Assembly: GCA_001938485.1 (NCBI GenBank) | Contig: MQRK01180317.1 | Coordinates: forward strand, 32,107-86,648 | DNA length: 54,542 nucleotides | Direction: 5' to 3' | Origin: Girardia tigrina | Taxonomy: Eukaryota | Part shown: piece by piece, positions 11,608 through 25,496 of the stretch | Position numbering within the stretch: position 1 is the stretch's first letter | How the letters are laid out: every line of letters starts with the position of its first letter | Notes under the pieces: generated by a model | The model's database searches: none | What the model saw: the letters and a program-made list of their open reading frames with translations, nothing else | What the model was told of the DNA's origin: nothing | Position numbers and translations under genes: made by a program

Positions 11608-13449
11608 TATATTTTTTTACAATTTTACTTTAAAATATTATTGAATATTTTTTTAATTTCATTTAATTAATTTTTAATATTTAATACTTTTAATTTTTTT
11701 ACAAAATTCATACATTCAAGCATAAAAATAAATATTTATACATAATATAAATCTAAAATAAAGAACTTAAAAAACATTCAAATCGTATAATCATTTAGAA
11801 ACTGATGAGCATTGTTTATGAGAATTTGAATTTCAGAAGCTTCTTTAACATCCATGTCTGTTAATTCAGCAATTATGCTTTTGTTTAGTTTAAATTTAGT
11901 TTCAAGAAGTGGTTATGATTCCACGAGGAAGCTGTTTGATATTAAGTCAGATCGTGATTTGTATTACTATTTTGATCTTTTGCTAAAATCAGAAAAAACT
12001 TCTGTTTACACAATCATATGGTAGGGTTGCTTATTGAATAAAATGACTCGGTATTACGAGTTGATCGAATGAAGCGGAGCGGGAAGAGAAGTCATTCAAA
12101 TGAAATTTATCGCGAAACAATAATTGTTTTTTTCTGTCTATAAAATCATCAAGGTATGGTTAATTGCCAGGTTTTAAGCTTCTATTATATTTCTGTACTT
12201 TGAAATCTTATTCAAAAATCCTTACAATTTTTCATTTTTCTCCATAATTGTCATTTTCGGACCCATGTAATGAAAGGTGAAAGTTATTAAATATTGAATA
12301 TATATTACCTTATTAAGTGGGAAATCAAACTTTTCAAATTCAACTGATAGGTTTTTATCTTTTTTCAAAGGATATAATGACACCGGCTCTTAAATCCATA
12401 AATCTTGAGAAAACCTTTTCTCAGCTCAACCATCTGACCTCTGTATAGTATACCAAGACATTAAATTTATCAAAAAAATCAAAACATATTTACACAGACG
12501 CGAACTTAAAGAAGGCAAAATCATTAAAGCAAAATAGAAGAAATACAAAAACAAACAGATCGTATTGAAAAGCTCTTTTTAGATGTAAACTGAAGTGTGC
12601 CCAACAACTGAAGTTTCGCACTTTTGCATCCAAAGCCGTGTTAGATTATCAGAAGCATTTGTTTTGTACGTATCCACCACAAACAGAGTCTTTTATTTAC
12701 TACTCTGACAGTTATTGCTGATTGTCGTAGTTTACTGTTTATACACAGATATCCGTCACAGTATGGGGATACTTATTATTAGGAAGAGTTCTAGTGATCC
12801 TTAGTAAAGCACGCCATCGTTAAACAGAAATGAATTAAAAATCAAATGCATATCTCTTGAAGAATTATTTTCCCCAAAATTGTGAACGAGGAAAATAGGC
12901 CTAGTTTATCGAAAATCTTCGCAACAATACTCGAAAGTCTTCATTTACTTAATATTTCTTCTGAAGGAAATTACGAAAAGGTTCAACGTTCAAAAAGAAA
13001 ACTAATCTCACAAATTCATAGTGAGAGTTGTTTGTTACATTTTCAGAAATCAATTTTAGTCATTTTTTTACTATTTTTGAAATTTTCGAAAATACTTTAT
13101 ATTTAATATTCAATTTTCATATTTTAAATAATTCATTTTTTAATCATATCCTTAATTTAATTTAAAATTTGAAAAATAAATTTTTACAAATATTAATAAT
13201 TTTTTAATAGACTTCCAATTTTGACTAAAATTTCTAATTTTTAAACTACTTAATGAGACTTGTTTTGATCAACTTATTTTTCTACTAAAATAATATTTTC
13301 AAATGAATTTATAAAGAATATTTTCAAATTCAAATTTAAAATATTTAAGCATCATTTTAATTAATGTTTAAAAATTTGAATTGGATTTCAATTCCAAATA
13401 ATATTTTTAAACTATTTAAATTTTGATCAGCAAACTAAAAATTAACTAA

Positions 13450-13740
13450 CTCCTCATACATAGTATCGTCTATCTCCAATAGGAAAACATTTGAATCTAA
13501 AATACTTCCTGTCATTGAGTAACATCTAAATTTGCAGAAGCATCTTTTCGATATCACAATTAATGGCTATTGACTCTTCCATAAATCGCAATAAAATTTC
13601 AATTCGATAATTGTTTGATTTTGGTTGCGGAAAAACCTGTCATTAATACTAATTCCACTACTCTTTGCTTCTCCGTCCATAACAATTCTAATCTTTGTTT
13701 GATTGTTTATCTAACTTAATTATCGGGAAGTGAAGCAGCC
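13450..13740 (-). mobile_element. BEL/Pao LTR retrotransposon RT relic
   Basis: With frameshifts: HFPIIKLDKQSTKIRIVMDGEAKSSGISIND...ILLRFMEESIAINCDIEKMLLQI*...DRKYFRF, a BEL/Pao RT signature. 11800-13050 may be a more decayed continuation. Confidence 0.75.
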
Positions 13741-14400
13741 TTCGTCTTTTCTCAAGAATCTATATCCCGTATGTTTATATTCGATTTTGCTGCGGCCGCG
13801 TCCGGGCCCATCGGGATGCGGGTCGTTCCGCCAGTAGAAGAATGGTACAAAAAACACTCAGTTGAATTGTTTATACGTCCGCGTGGTAACAGAAAGACAT
13901 TGTGTGGGTTTATGTCGAAAACAATGACACAAAACACCAACTTCTTTGCCTAATCACATTTGATCGGAATATACAGTGAAAAACCTTTCGTTAAATCGTA
14001 GCAACACAAACCCGAAATTCTTCTGTTGGAATTAATCCCAATCAGACATTGGTCTGATAAATCAAATGAATGTCACTTTTCCCGTCGTAATTCTTGGTCA
14101 AATTTATACTCGATTTCCGTACGAAGTGTTTCACGATTAATAATCGGCGTCTGATGTACTTAAACTAAAAATCTATCTTTGTATCCCGAGACATTTTTGT
14201 ATCACGGATTATTTAATCAATTAACGGATTTTTTAATCAAATAATCGTCAATGAACGCTGATGAAGTATCAGAATCGAATTTAAAATTAAAATATTTGAA
14301 ATAAAGTAATTAGTGGCTTAAGATAAAATGCGCATAAGAGTAAGACCACATCATTATTTGAGAATTATAATCCGGAGAAAAACTTGTGACTTTAAATAAA

Positions 14401-14541
14401 AATATGTTTTGTAATAAATCACCTACTCCTTTGAGTTTGTGTTCGGACGTGGTTTATCAGTATACGTCTAATGAGTACAATGCCACATACATTGGAGAGA
14501 CTGGACGTCATTTCTGCAACCGAGTCCAAGAACAGGCTTAA
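14401..14541 (+). mobile_element. Penelope-like GIY-YIG endonuclease fragment
   Basis: Reads NKSPTPLSLCSDVVYQYTSNEYNATYIGETGRHFCNRVQE (VVY...YIGETGR...R.xE). Confidence 0.8.
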
Positions 14542-15389
14542 AGAGCAGATAAGAGTAATATTGCTGAGGGAATTAAAACTTGCAAACAAAAACATTTTTT
14601 CACCTAAAAATATATAACAATTACAACCACTTCTCATTTAGATCTTCATTTTTATCTATTAATTAATTTAAAAAAAATTCAAATTGCGGCAACGTTTTTA
14701 TTACATCAGTATGGACAACTTTACTCATGATTATGAAAGTAGTAAAAAGTCCTGGATGACTTAAAAATCTTTGAAAATAGGAAATACAAGAACTAGAGCC
14801 AACCAAAATTTTACAGTTAAGAAGTATAGTTGAGTTTGTTAATTATTTTAAAGCAACATGATCTATTCGAAATTATGTATGGGAAATGAAATGTTGTTGA
14901 TATGTACGCATGAATAATTTTTTTATCAGCTTTCAGTTACATTTTAAAGTTTTCTTTAATTAACCCTTGACCAGTTCTATCAATCAAAAACATGTATTTG
15001 AATTAAAATAAGAGAAACATTAAATTAATTACCCAATTTTTCTTAGTTTTGTTATTTTGTAAACGTATTTGCTGTAAGGCGGTTGGTAAATGGCGCGGTC
15101 AACAGTTATATATTATCATTTTATACATATATCATTATCTATATCAAAATAAGCGCAACAAAACAATTCGTGACTGTGGTGCTGCGGTCAAATGATGGAG
15201 AAAAAAACATTTATAAAAAATGATTAAAAATAGTTAACCTTGTTTGAATTATATGATATTGATTTACACAAATTTGAATGTACAAATAAACCTTATGATC
15301 GAACTTAAATGTTTTTCTCATGAATTTATTTGGAAAAATGAACAAAGAACGACTGATGATAAAACTGTTACGGTACATCGGTTCAAGAA

Positions 15390-15720
15390 AATCCACACCA
15401 CCGGTAAAACCGATCCGACCGACTGCGATACCAGCACTTGTCCCCTGGTGGAGCACTTTCGGCACGCATTGCGCGACCAATGAAACCGCCCAATTCTGGG
15501 AGAGTGGATTTTGGAGACCGCCCACGGTTCCAAGCGGAACCCACCACCCCAAGTTTTTCAGTGCACAACGGAGAACTGGCGCACATCAACCGAAACACCA
15601 ACTCATCTCGACCCATCGACCGGCGGCACTTGACATACGGAGATCGCGACTGACAGCGAAGTGGTTGGCGGCTCGTTCCAGCCAGTGAACCACCGCACGA
15701 ATAAGATGTGCTGGCCGTCT
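15390..15720 (+). mobile_element. GC-rich island, possible non-LTR (R2-like) RT relic
   Basis: Sharp rise in GC. PIRPTAIPALV, ESGF and AALDIRR appear in the order of RT motifs RPI, QxGF and LDxxKAFD. Confidence 0.4.
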
Positions 15721-16609
15721 CATCAATGACAATATATATAAATTTTTTCAAGTTTTCAATACCGCAAATTTGAATATGATTATTTTGTGCTGGGAGAGGC
15801 ATTTGAAATATAAGTAAATATAATAAATGTAAATAGAATTTTAAATAAAATTCCGCAGCAATTATTTTTATTATTATTTAATTTTCTTATTCAACATTAA
15901 AATGATTAATATTTCAAGGAAATAATTTTTAAAATTTACCTACAAACAGATAAAACATCTAAAAGTCCTAAAGGATATTTGATACAGACGTCATTGAGTA
16001 AGGGATTTATTTGATTAAAACAATTGTTTACATACATTTGTTTTAATAGACGTTGTTTATTAGGATTAATGTTTTTGATATATGATATATTTGAATAATA
16101 TTCTATGATTTGAACAACATTATTTGCATAGAAATTATAGTATTAGAGTTATTAAAAGTTTAATGTAGATTTTGCATATACAAATATCGAAATAAAATTT
16201 AAATTCTACCAAGGTAATCGAACAAACTATATGATCCAAAGGGGTCATCTTTTTTTGTAAAGTTTGAGGTAAAATTTGTTAAGTCGTTTAATATGCAAAG
16301 TTAATAAATAACAAACTGTTACAGAGATAAAAACATAATTGATTAAACTGATTAAATATTCAATTAAAACCAATAAATGATACATTTATAGTAATTAAAT
16401 GGTAATATACTGTTAGGTCCATTTAATTTTATAATAAATTCCATTATACAATAAATCAAGGTCTAATATTAAAAGATAAAGATAATTTAACCGATAAAAA
16501 TGTTTTTACAAACTACACACCTACTCAAGTGTCCTTTTAATAATCGAAATTATATAAAATATTTTCTACGCCATTTACACACTTGCATACACAGAACATA
16601 CGCACATAA

Positions 16610-17900
16610 TATTAGGACCATTAGTTAATAAAGCAATTGATAATATGTATGAGGATATATCTAATTCATCCTTAGCTTCAAGCTCAAGAACCGATCCGGG
16701 GGTGCCTATCATCCCAGAAGAGGTTAAAAAAACTACATAAATTGTAGGTTTTCCTAATTAAATATATTTTTATTAACAAAAGAAATCTTAAGAATATCCA
16801 AAGTTGACAACATTTATTTTGGTGAAGCATATCAACGTGGGGAAAACTACATCTATTCGTCCCGACAGTTAGAAATATGCGAATCTGTCGCAAGGGGTAT
16901 CATTTGCTGATGCCAGAAGAATGGCTCTGTCAATCCCAGCCATCGTGACCGCCACAAAGAAAATATAATATCAGAAGAATTTAGTATGAAGATCCTTCAA
17001 TTATTGGATGAAAATTTCTTTGCATTCCAGAGGGAAATTAAGTAGTTTTTATTCCAAACGGAAGGAATGCAGTTTAGCAGATCTACACTTTCCAGATACT
17101 TGGAAGGGAAATTGATTTACGCTTAAGAAATTACACGCATGTGTTCAGAACTGCAACTCCACAAGGAAAAATGGTATAATTACACGCTGAAGGTCTTATG
17201 AGAAGGATGGCGAAGCAAAAATCTCATCTTTATTGATGAGATTAGATTCCATATTACGGAATATAGAAAGGAATGCAGACTACTGTTACTATTCCAACAA
17301 ACCGCGGAAGGAATGTGTCTCTAATAGCTGCCAAAGGAATGAATGGTCCTATCTCTTTTTAAATATCTCTCCACAGCCAACCATGACATCTAAAAGGTCA
17401 TCATCGAAGAATTATCTTCAAAATTAGACGATCAGTTGTATTGTCTGATACATGAAAACGCTTCAATCCATCTGAATACAATTTCCATCCATCTTATCCA
17501 TAACTTACCCCTTCATTCATCATTCTTAAACCCTATAGACTCGGTGTTTTTAAAACTGAAAAGGGGAGTCAGGAACCAGATGCCAAAAGAAAATCTGCTA
17601 CTGTCCAAGATGAATTGAATTGATTTTCTGAAAGTGAAAGTAGAAGGATAATTATTCGAGTCCTAGACAATATTACAGGCATTGTAAGATCTTTCTTGTT
17701 TTATGTATTGCCAAAACAGACATTTTTGGTGATTAAAATATCATGTATATATATAAAAATGTATGTAAAATATTAGTAAATAAATAAATGTTTAAAAAAC
17801 TAACTTTTTATTTTTAATTTATTCTACAATTTCAATTAAATACAATCAACAAATACTTTTTTTATTAAAGTTCAGTTTTTATTAACTAATTAATAGTTAA
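16610..17900 (+). mobile_element. Decayed Tc1/IS630-like transposon
   Basis: Frameshifted pieces SRSTLSRYLEGKL..TLKKLH, NLIFIDE, IHENASIH and LPLHSSFLNPIDSVFLKLK give the DDE motifs in order. Short inverted match attagttaataaa/tttattaactaat near the ends. Confidence 0.7.
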
Positions 17901-18002
17901 TATTTTGTTAGATGAATATCTTTATTTTCTTAAATCATAATTTAATACTAATAATATAATACTAATGAGATTAAAGATTGAAACATTTCCTATTTGATCG
18001 GT

Positions 18003-18130
18003 GTGAAGAATATTTTTGAATGGTGTTTATTGTATACTGCTTTTAGAATTGTGATTCGCCCACCCAGGTGGAACATTATTTTGAATACTTTGACATGTAA
18101 ATAACAACTTTAAAACTCAATTATTATATT
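18003..18130 (+). repeat. PLE-associated dispersed repeat copy
   Basis: gtgaagaatatttttgaatggtgtttattgtat...cacccaggtggaa...aacaactttaaaa aligns to 54357-54510. Confidence 0.8.
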
Positions 18131-18590
18131 TTAATAAATAAATATATAACAAATTATTATTATTAATAATATTTTGAAGCAAAATATTTTAAATCTATTT
18201 AAAAGTGATTTAAATTATTTTTAAAATATTTTATTTATAATATTGTAATAGTGGATTGTAACTTAAAGATTTATTTAATCATAGATAATGTGTTTTAAAT
18301 GAATGATAGTATTTGAAAATAATTTTAAAATATTATAGTAAAGAATTGTAATTTAATTTTTTTCGAATAATTAAAAGTTTCGAAATAGAATTTAAATTTA
18401 TCAATGAAGAACGATGTCTAACTACGAATGTTTTGTAGCTAATTTTCCTGGAGGCCATTCGAGTTGTGATGTCAATAAAGTATTGCAAATCATATAAGTG
18501 TTCCTAATAATTGCCATTATACAGAAATATACGAAAATAAATCCAAACTTATAGAGAACCTTTTTAAAATGTTAAATAGAGTATAAAATA

Positions 18591-18634
<44 letters not shown>

Positions 18635-19367
18635 TAACCTAAAGTTCAGATACGGTGAACCTGAGGCTATTTTTATATGATAGAGTAAACGAAATAACAA
18701 GTCCGGAAGTGGAATGATATTTAATTATAAAAAGAAAAACTATAACGAATAACGCATACCAGTCAATAACCGGATAATAATTTTTTTTGTCTTTTAATTT
18801 GAAAGACAACGTCGGACTTTACTAATATTATTCGTCGTTTATTGAGATTGTCTGGATTGTCTTCTTGGGAACGTTATTGCATAAGGCAATTTTTTAATAA
18901 AGAAAACGATAGAAAACTTCAATTCTTCGAAAATTTCTTTGTCGAGTTCTTGGGACGTGAGGAACGATTTAACGTCGGTGGTGAAATGGAGAGACAGTTG
19001 TTTGGTGTTGTTGGAGAGATGATTGAGGATGTGGATACGGTTGCGTTCGGTGAGTTTTTTTGGTTGGAGCTGATCGCAGGTATAATGGTTCGATAGAATA
19101 TTGTTCGACAATTCTTTAATCAGCTTCTTTTTTTTCTTTTGAAAGATTTGTTGAAACAATTTGATAAAATTGTTCTTTTTTTATATGGTAAAGTCATCGA
19201 TAAAGTTTAGGTACAAATTTTCTTTTTTGAAAAAAATAGAAGTTAAAATTCAACAATAAGATTCCACAAATTCAGCAGTGATATAACTTTCAGCGGTAAA
19301 TAATTACTAATTGTTTTTAATTTATTATTGATTCAATTATTAAATTATTAAAATATCGGGAGATATT

Positions 19368-19401
<34 letters not shown>

Positions 19402-20129
19402 GTATATATATTTCTAAATAATAATTTTTGATAAATTTTAAATAAATATTCGTTTCTTTCTTTTATAATTTATATACATAAATTAAAATAAAATAAGGAG
19501 GATTTAATTAATTTTCGTTTGTCTGATTAAAATTTAAATAATTTAAATATAAATTATTTTTAAACTATAAATTTTGTATAAGAATTTTGTAGTTTTGAAA
19601 TAATTTTTAATATTTTCAATGATTTAGAATAAAAAGTTTTAAAGATTTGAGGATGAAATGTATGTAATAGTTTAAAACTAAATATAATTAAAATATTCAA
19701 TCAAAATTAGATTAAATATTCTTTTAAATTTTGTGTTTTTAAAAATATAATAATTTTGATATTTCAAAATAAATCAGGATTTTAAAATTAAAATTATTTA
19801 AAAAATAAAAATCTGTGAATTGATTTTTTAAATTAGTAAATGAAGTTGAAAATTTGTTTCAATTTTTTATATAATAAAAATTATTAATTGTGTTTTTATG
19901 AATTCAAATATTGATACAACGAACCAAAATAAAATATCTTTGTAATCTATTGAACATTGAAACCCTTGTTTTTCTTTGAAAATTTTTGATATTTATTTTT
20001 TTATGACAATATTTATCATATAATTTATTTATTAAAATGTTTTCATATCATATTAGTTATTAGTTCTTTTTAAATATAAAGATATTTGGTTGAACAGTTT
20101 CATCTGACTGAATAATATTTTGATGCATT

Positions 20130-20430
20130 CCTAAAACGTTTTACTACTTTCTGACTAATGCTAAATATTTTCTATTCAATGTTGTATTATAAACTTTTAT
20201 ACTGTTTCTATCAAATTTTCAAGTATAAAAACTTTATGTTTTTAAGTGATTCAATATTGTTTGCTTTGTAACAGCAAATGTTAGCGATAAATCATGAGCA
20301 CTTTGTGACTGATCCGACTCCACGGATACTTTATTTTCTGCCATTATTTTTGGGCGATCCCGAAACTCATTATTGTGGTTGAAATAACTTTTCACGAATT
20401 TCCTAAACCAATTCGAAACTGTCTGCTGCT
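20130..20430 (-). mobile_element. mariner transposase N-terminal relic
   Basis: Reads TVSNWFRKF...NEFRDRP...VESDQSQSAHDLSLTFAVTKQTILNHLK. Confidence 0.6.
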
Positions 20431-21144
20431 TATTAGCACTGTATTAAAATAAAATTTAAAAATATTTCTTGGTCTTGTCTAAGAAAATATACATGTATAT
20501 ATCGTAATTTTAATAATTTGTATTATACCTATATAATTTAAATCCACATAATGTGGTAGTTAGTCTTGTGAAGCCTATTTTTCTAAGGTATATCCCCTTT
20601 TAAACCAGGCGTTAAAATAATATTAAAATAATATTAACGCAACTATTGAGTTTCTCATTATATGTTTGACAAAGTTTTTAAATTTAATAATTTTTAGTTT
20701 TATTTCTCTCAGTCGTTCTATTCATTTCTGTTTCATTATATATTATGTTTTGCTTGTATCATTTTTTGTTTTTCAAATATCAAAATAAATATTTTACGCT
20801 TGCTTGGAGTTTTAATGTGTAATTCAGCTTTTCTTTTTGGAATTTATTAAAAAACTTTAATCTTTTTGATAATTATTATCTGAAAAATATTGTACTTTTA
20901 TGTAATAATAAAATAATGATTTTGTATTTTATACAAAATGTGAACTTATATGAATGAATGAACTATTATATTTCTTTTTCCTTTTTATCCTATCAAAATA
21001 CAAAAATCATCCAAATTACCATTCTTTTAATTAATTTAGGGTTAATTTATCCATCTGAAGGAAGAGGAAAGTTTTTATTTGATAAGAAACCTCCTAGTTT
21101 TAGATATTAATAATTTATATCAAGTTTGATAAGAGCTTTTATGT

Positions 21145-21615
21145 AGAGGGTGGCCCAAAGTTTAAACCGTAAAATGAATTTATCGAAAAAATTAGATTTG
21201 AAAATCAACTACAACCGAATGATGCTCCGCAATCTTTAGTGGTGATCTATTATACTGAACCATAATACTTTTAGACTTTGATATTTGTAATTCATTTTCT
21301 AAAAAACCAAATTTTATTGTCAGTTTTTACAATTCATCCCATACAAATTTGAATAAATTTACTATTAGACCATCTTGCGACTTTATCAAATGTTCGATCA
21401 TTTTAGAATCTCTTTAGTTCCTCTTCAGAAAGAATGTATTTTTGCCAATTGCCTACATTCTCAGTTTCACATAATTTAAATCGTCTTTTAGGTTTCGTAA
21501 TATATGTGCCTCTATTCTGTAAAGTAGGCCTACCTTTATAACCAGTGGTATATCTTTTATATTCTTCTAACATGAAGATCCTTCTTTTGGTGTTTATGAC
21601 TGGTAAAAGTGCCAA
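21145..21615 (-). mobile_element. Decayed Tc1-like relic
   Basis: Terminus-like ta-gagggtggcccaaag. ORF 21403-21615 (RRIFMLEEY...ETENV) resembles a transposase HTH region. Confidence 0.35.
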
Positions 21616-23441
21616 CTAGATCATCCAGAGCAGTGTTTCTCAAAGTCTATGACAACACGACCACAAAAATCAATAGGCAATGACATCGTGACCCCCCATG
21701 CTTGATTTTCAAATTTTTGCATTAATATTTAGACAAAATATTGAAAAAAATGCACATTAATAACTCATTAATAAACACTGACAGTTTTTCACGTCTCGAT
21801 GAAAACATTTGACATTAATGTAATTTATATTTTTCTATTGTTGTAAGCATTATCGTTCAATTTATTGTCATATTCAAAACCAAAATTAGTTTATATGCAA
21901 AATAAATAAATTTTATGACAAACTTTTTAAAAGCAGTGACTCAAAACTTTATCCTTATTTTAATGAATAAAATACGAGTAAACCACGGAAGAATAAAAAT
22001 TATTGTACAAGTCTCGTGTTAAATCTAAAGGATTGATAAGAAGTTATACTAAAATTTCGAAAGCAAGAAACATTTTGATTATTGTATTAATTAATAATAT
22101 AAAATTTTTCTTTATTGTAGATATTATTTTCATTAATTAATTTGATTTTTTTTAAATCAGTTTGTCTTTTTTCACCATTTTTAAATAAAGGCATTTAAAT
22201 TAACATATAAATTAATCAAAATAAAGATTTATAAAATAATGTTTAAAAATCAAAACATTTTTATAAGGAGTTTGTTAAGTTCATTTTTGCTGAAAAGTTT
22301 TAATAATTTAGAAGGGAATAAAATTTCTGTAGATAATTTTTAAATTTTTATAAAATATTTTAAATGAAATTTTGATTTCAAGATTGATAATTTTAATTTA
22401 AATAGAATGTATTTTGTGTAAGTAATAAGTTTTAGCTATAATTAATTTTTAAAATGGCAGAACAAAATGTTTTCATAAATTTTAAAATGATTATTATCTT
22501 AAATAGATTAAAACAATTTTAAATTAGAACTAATTTTAAATATTTTGTAAAGATTTTTTAATTTTAAAATGTGTATTATGTTAGAATAAATTTTTATCGA
22601 TTTAGATAATATTTTAAAGTTTTTGATTTTAGAAGTTTAATCTGAATTTGACTGTTGAGATAAATGTCAGTGAATTGATTATTAAAAAAAAGTTTAAAAT
22701 TGTGAATTTGAATTCATTTGAAAGAAATTATTATTTGTACTAATAAAAATTATTAAAAATTATGAATCCTAATTCAAATATTGATAATTATATCAAAGTA
22801 ACTGCAAGTATAATAATAAAAACAAGAAAATTAAAAAAATATATTTTGTAAATTTAATAATTTATTTAATTATTTATTTTTTAACGATCACTCATTACAT
22901 TAAATAAAAATTGCTAAATTCCTTTCTTAAGTTTCTTTTAAACCAATATTTAATAAAAATAATTATCATTATTTTTCATCACAACAAGTTTTATATTTTT
23001 TTATTCCTTACAATTATTTTTTAATCTAATTAAACTTTTTATTTTTAAAGATTTTTCAAATATAATGATAATTATATTTTTTTATTGACTAAAATTAGAC
23101 TAAAAATAATAAATAATAAAAATAAATAGATTAAAATTAATTAATTAAATTAAATTAAATTAAATTATTGACTAAATTTTACAAACAATATTTTGTCCGT
23201 GAGCCACTTAAATATATAAATATTTCTTAAACATGTATATTAAATAAAATTTTTTGTGGGAAAATAATAATAAATTATTAAATTATTGGCAAAAAAATTT
23301 TAAAAAAATATTTTAAAGAAAGTTGCGTGTGAAAACTCTACCAAAATTTTAGTCACAGAAATTCATTTTATTTTAATAATATTTTTTAATTGATTATTTG
23401 ATTTTTAAGTGATTATTTTTTTTTAATTTTGTTTATTTAAG

Positions 23442-23768
23442 GATGGAAGATTAAAAGTTGGAGATGAAATTTTAGCAGTTCAAGGAATCAATGTACAAAA
23501 TGGAAAAAAATTCCATCATGATTCTCAGGACGATATTTACGGAGACATTTTTCATTTTGATCTCGCCACCGTTTTCCTCAGGAATCTTGATAAATTGAGC
23601 AAACTTTCAGAATTTAAGAATCAGTTTAAATTGAAACAAGAAAATCCCCTGCAAACATTGAAAATGATTATCAAAGAAGCTGGAAAGATGTATTCATCAA
23701 TATCGATTGTTATTAAAAGATTTGTGTCAATAAATAATGGAAACGTCGAGGATAATTTGATTCAACAA
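23442..23768 (+). CDS. par3: Exon of Par3/bazooka-like PDZ scaffold (C-terminal half of the PDZ3-like domain)
   Basis: Acceptor gtttatttaag and donor CAA|gtgagt. 327 nt fully open: DGRLKVGDEILAVQGINV...QENPLQTLKMIIKEAGKMYSSISIVIKRFVS. Joins exon 8143-8370 in frame to give NGSAHQ|DGRLKVGDEIL, a canonical PDZ motif. The tail resembles Par3 [31 protein letters not shown]. Confidence 0.75.
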
Positions 23769-24081
23769 GTGAGTTTTCTTTATTTATTTTTTTTGGAAAT
23801 TCATACAAATGGACTGCGGCTTCTTTCCCTTTTATTGTCATTGTTATTTGTAACAAATATCAGAGAAAAAACGATTTTCCACTGGAAGCTTTTGGAGATA
23901 AATGTTAATATTAATTTAATTATTTATGATCAATATTGAAATTATATTATCTGAAAATTTATTATTCCCTATACTAGTGTTTTTCAATCTTTTTGGTAAA
24001 GTGGAACCCTGTTAAAATGGCTACCATGCTTGTATAATCCTTTGCAATTGTTTTATGTGACGCAATAAACCTCGTCAGTGT

Positions 24082-24115
<34 letters not shown>

Positions 24116-24120
<5 letters not shown>

Positions 24121-24800
24121 GTGGCCAAGTGTGGCTCTTAGAGCCGCATGCGACTCTAATTATATTTTTTTGCGATTCTCACATTATTTATCGACCTCTC
24201 CTTGTGTACTACAATATTTATTTTTGGGTTAAACTTTCTAAATTCTTTTTATAACAAAAAAACAGTCTTTTTTTCAAATTTCTGCACAACATATTGCTGC
24301 GAATCATTATTTTCTACAATGAAGTTTGTGAAGTCCAAATTTCGTTCACAGTTATCAAATGAGTACCTAACAGCTCTAACAAATTTTACTCCGAATTTCC
24401 AATATTTATCCAAAAGTATTTATTAAATAATATTAATAAGGCGTATTTTTTTCGTTTTTTTTTCTAAAGTATATTCTAAATTAGCCAATTTATTGTATAA
24501 TAAATTATATCATATACTTGATTTTAATTACTAAACAATACTATAACAATATCAATTTACAAATTTATTGCACAATGAATTGTATGATGTAAAATTTCAA
24601 TTCGTATTGTATTACATTAATAAAACATTTAATTTTGTAAAATAATTATTATTCTTCTTGTCAACTCTGTAAACTAAAATCATTTAATTAGATATTATTA
24701 TTTTTTCAATTCTAGCTGATATGAAGAACCTCCTATCTGTGGCTTTCATTAAAATTTAAAATATAAAATTTGGGTCTCTTAAATTTCTTCTTGGCCACCC

Positions 24801-24803
<3 letters not shown>
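24116..24803 (+). mobile_element. hAT/Charlie deletion derivative nested in (TA)n inside the outer hAT
   Basis: TIRs cagaggtggccaag / cttggccacccctg. Internal TYCCESLFSTMKFVKSKFRSQLSNEYL is the hAT dimerisation domain. (TA)n lies on both sides. Confidence 0.85.
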
Positions 24804-24838
<35 letters not shown>

Positions 24839-25394
24839 CCCTGAATAAAAATGAGTTTATTTTGCATTATAATATATTCTAACTTAGTAAATGATTAAAG
24901 AATGACGTATAGCACCATAAAATCATTAAAATTACTTTAAATTAAATTACTTAAATTACATCAATAGATTTTCTATGAAGAACTTTTAGACAAGTCTCAT
25001 TTGAACTTTTATTACAATCACATTTAGAGTCATTATGACTCTCAGAAAGTCTTTCATCGTTTATCATCCTTTTAATTGATTTTCGTATTTCTATTTTTAA
25101 TAATGATTATTCGAACAATTTTTTCTAAGTCATTTTTTAAAATATTTAACTTCTAAAAATTATTCATTAAAATAATAATTTTTACCATTTCTCAATAAAT
25201 CCCAAAATAATAAAAATATCATCAAATTATTAAAAATACATTTAAATTAAATTTTACTTAAAAACAATAAACTTAATTTTAATTTTTAAATTAAAAAATA
25301 TGAACTTATAAAATTATTATTTTAATTATGTTCGAATTATATTATATATATTATTTTTATTATGTTCACTTTAAATTTAATAAAAAATACCCAT

Positions 25395-25496
25395 TTCCAT
25401 CTGGGTGGGAGAATCACCATTCTAAATTCAACATACTTAAGTCAACATACAGTATCCATACATTTACGCATTCAAACAATTTAAAATAATCCTCAC
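25395..25496 (-). repeat. PLE-associated dispersed repeat copy
   Basis: ttccatctgggtgggagaatcacc...tcctcac is the reverse complement of the family. Confidence 0.7.

Noticed and set aside
14960-14975. TTAA-CCCTT piggyBac-like end
   Set aside because: No matching opposite TIR or transposase found.
18839-19159. Overlapping ORFs on both strands
   Set aside because: No recognisable motif or splice context; left unassigned.
19500-22800. Related AT-rich blocks near 19500-19930 and 22200-22790
   Set aside because: Similarity is too low-complexity to define boundaries by eye.
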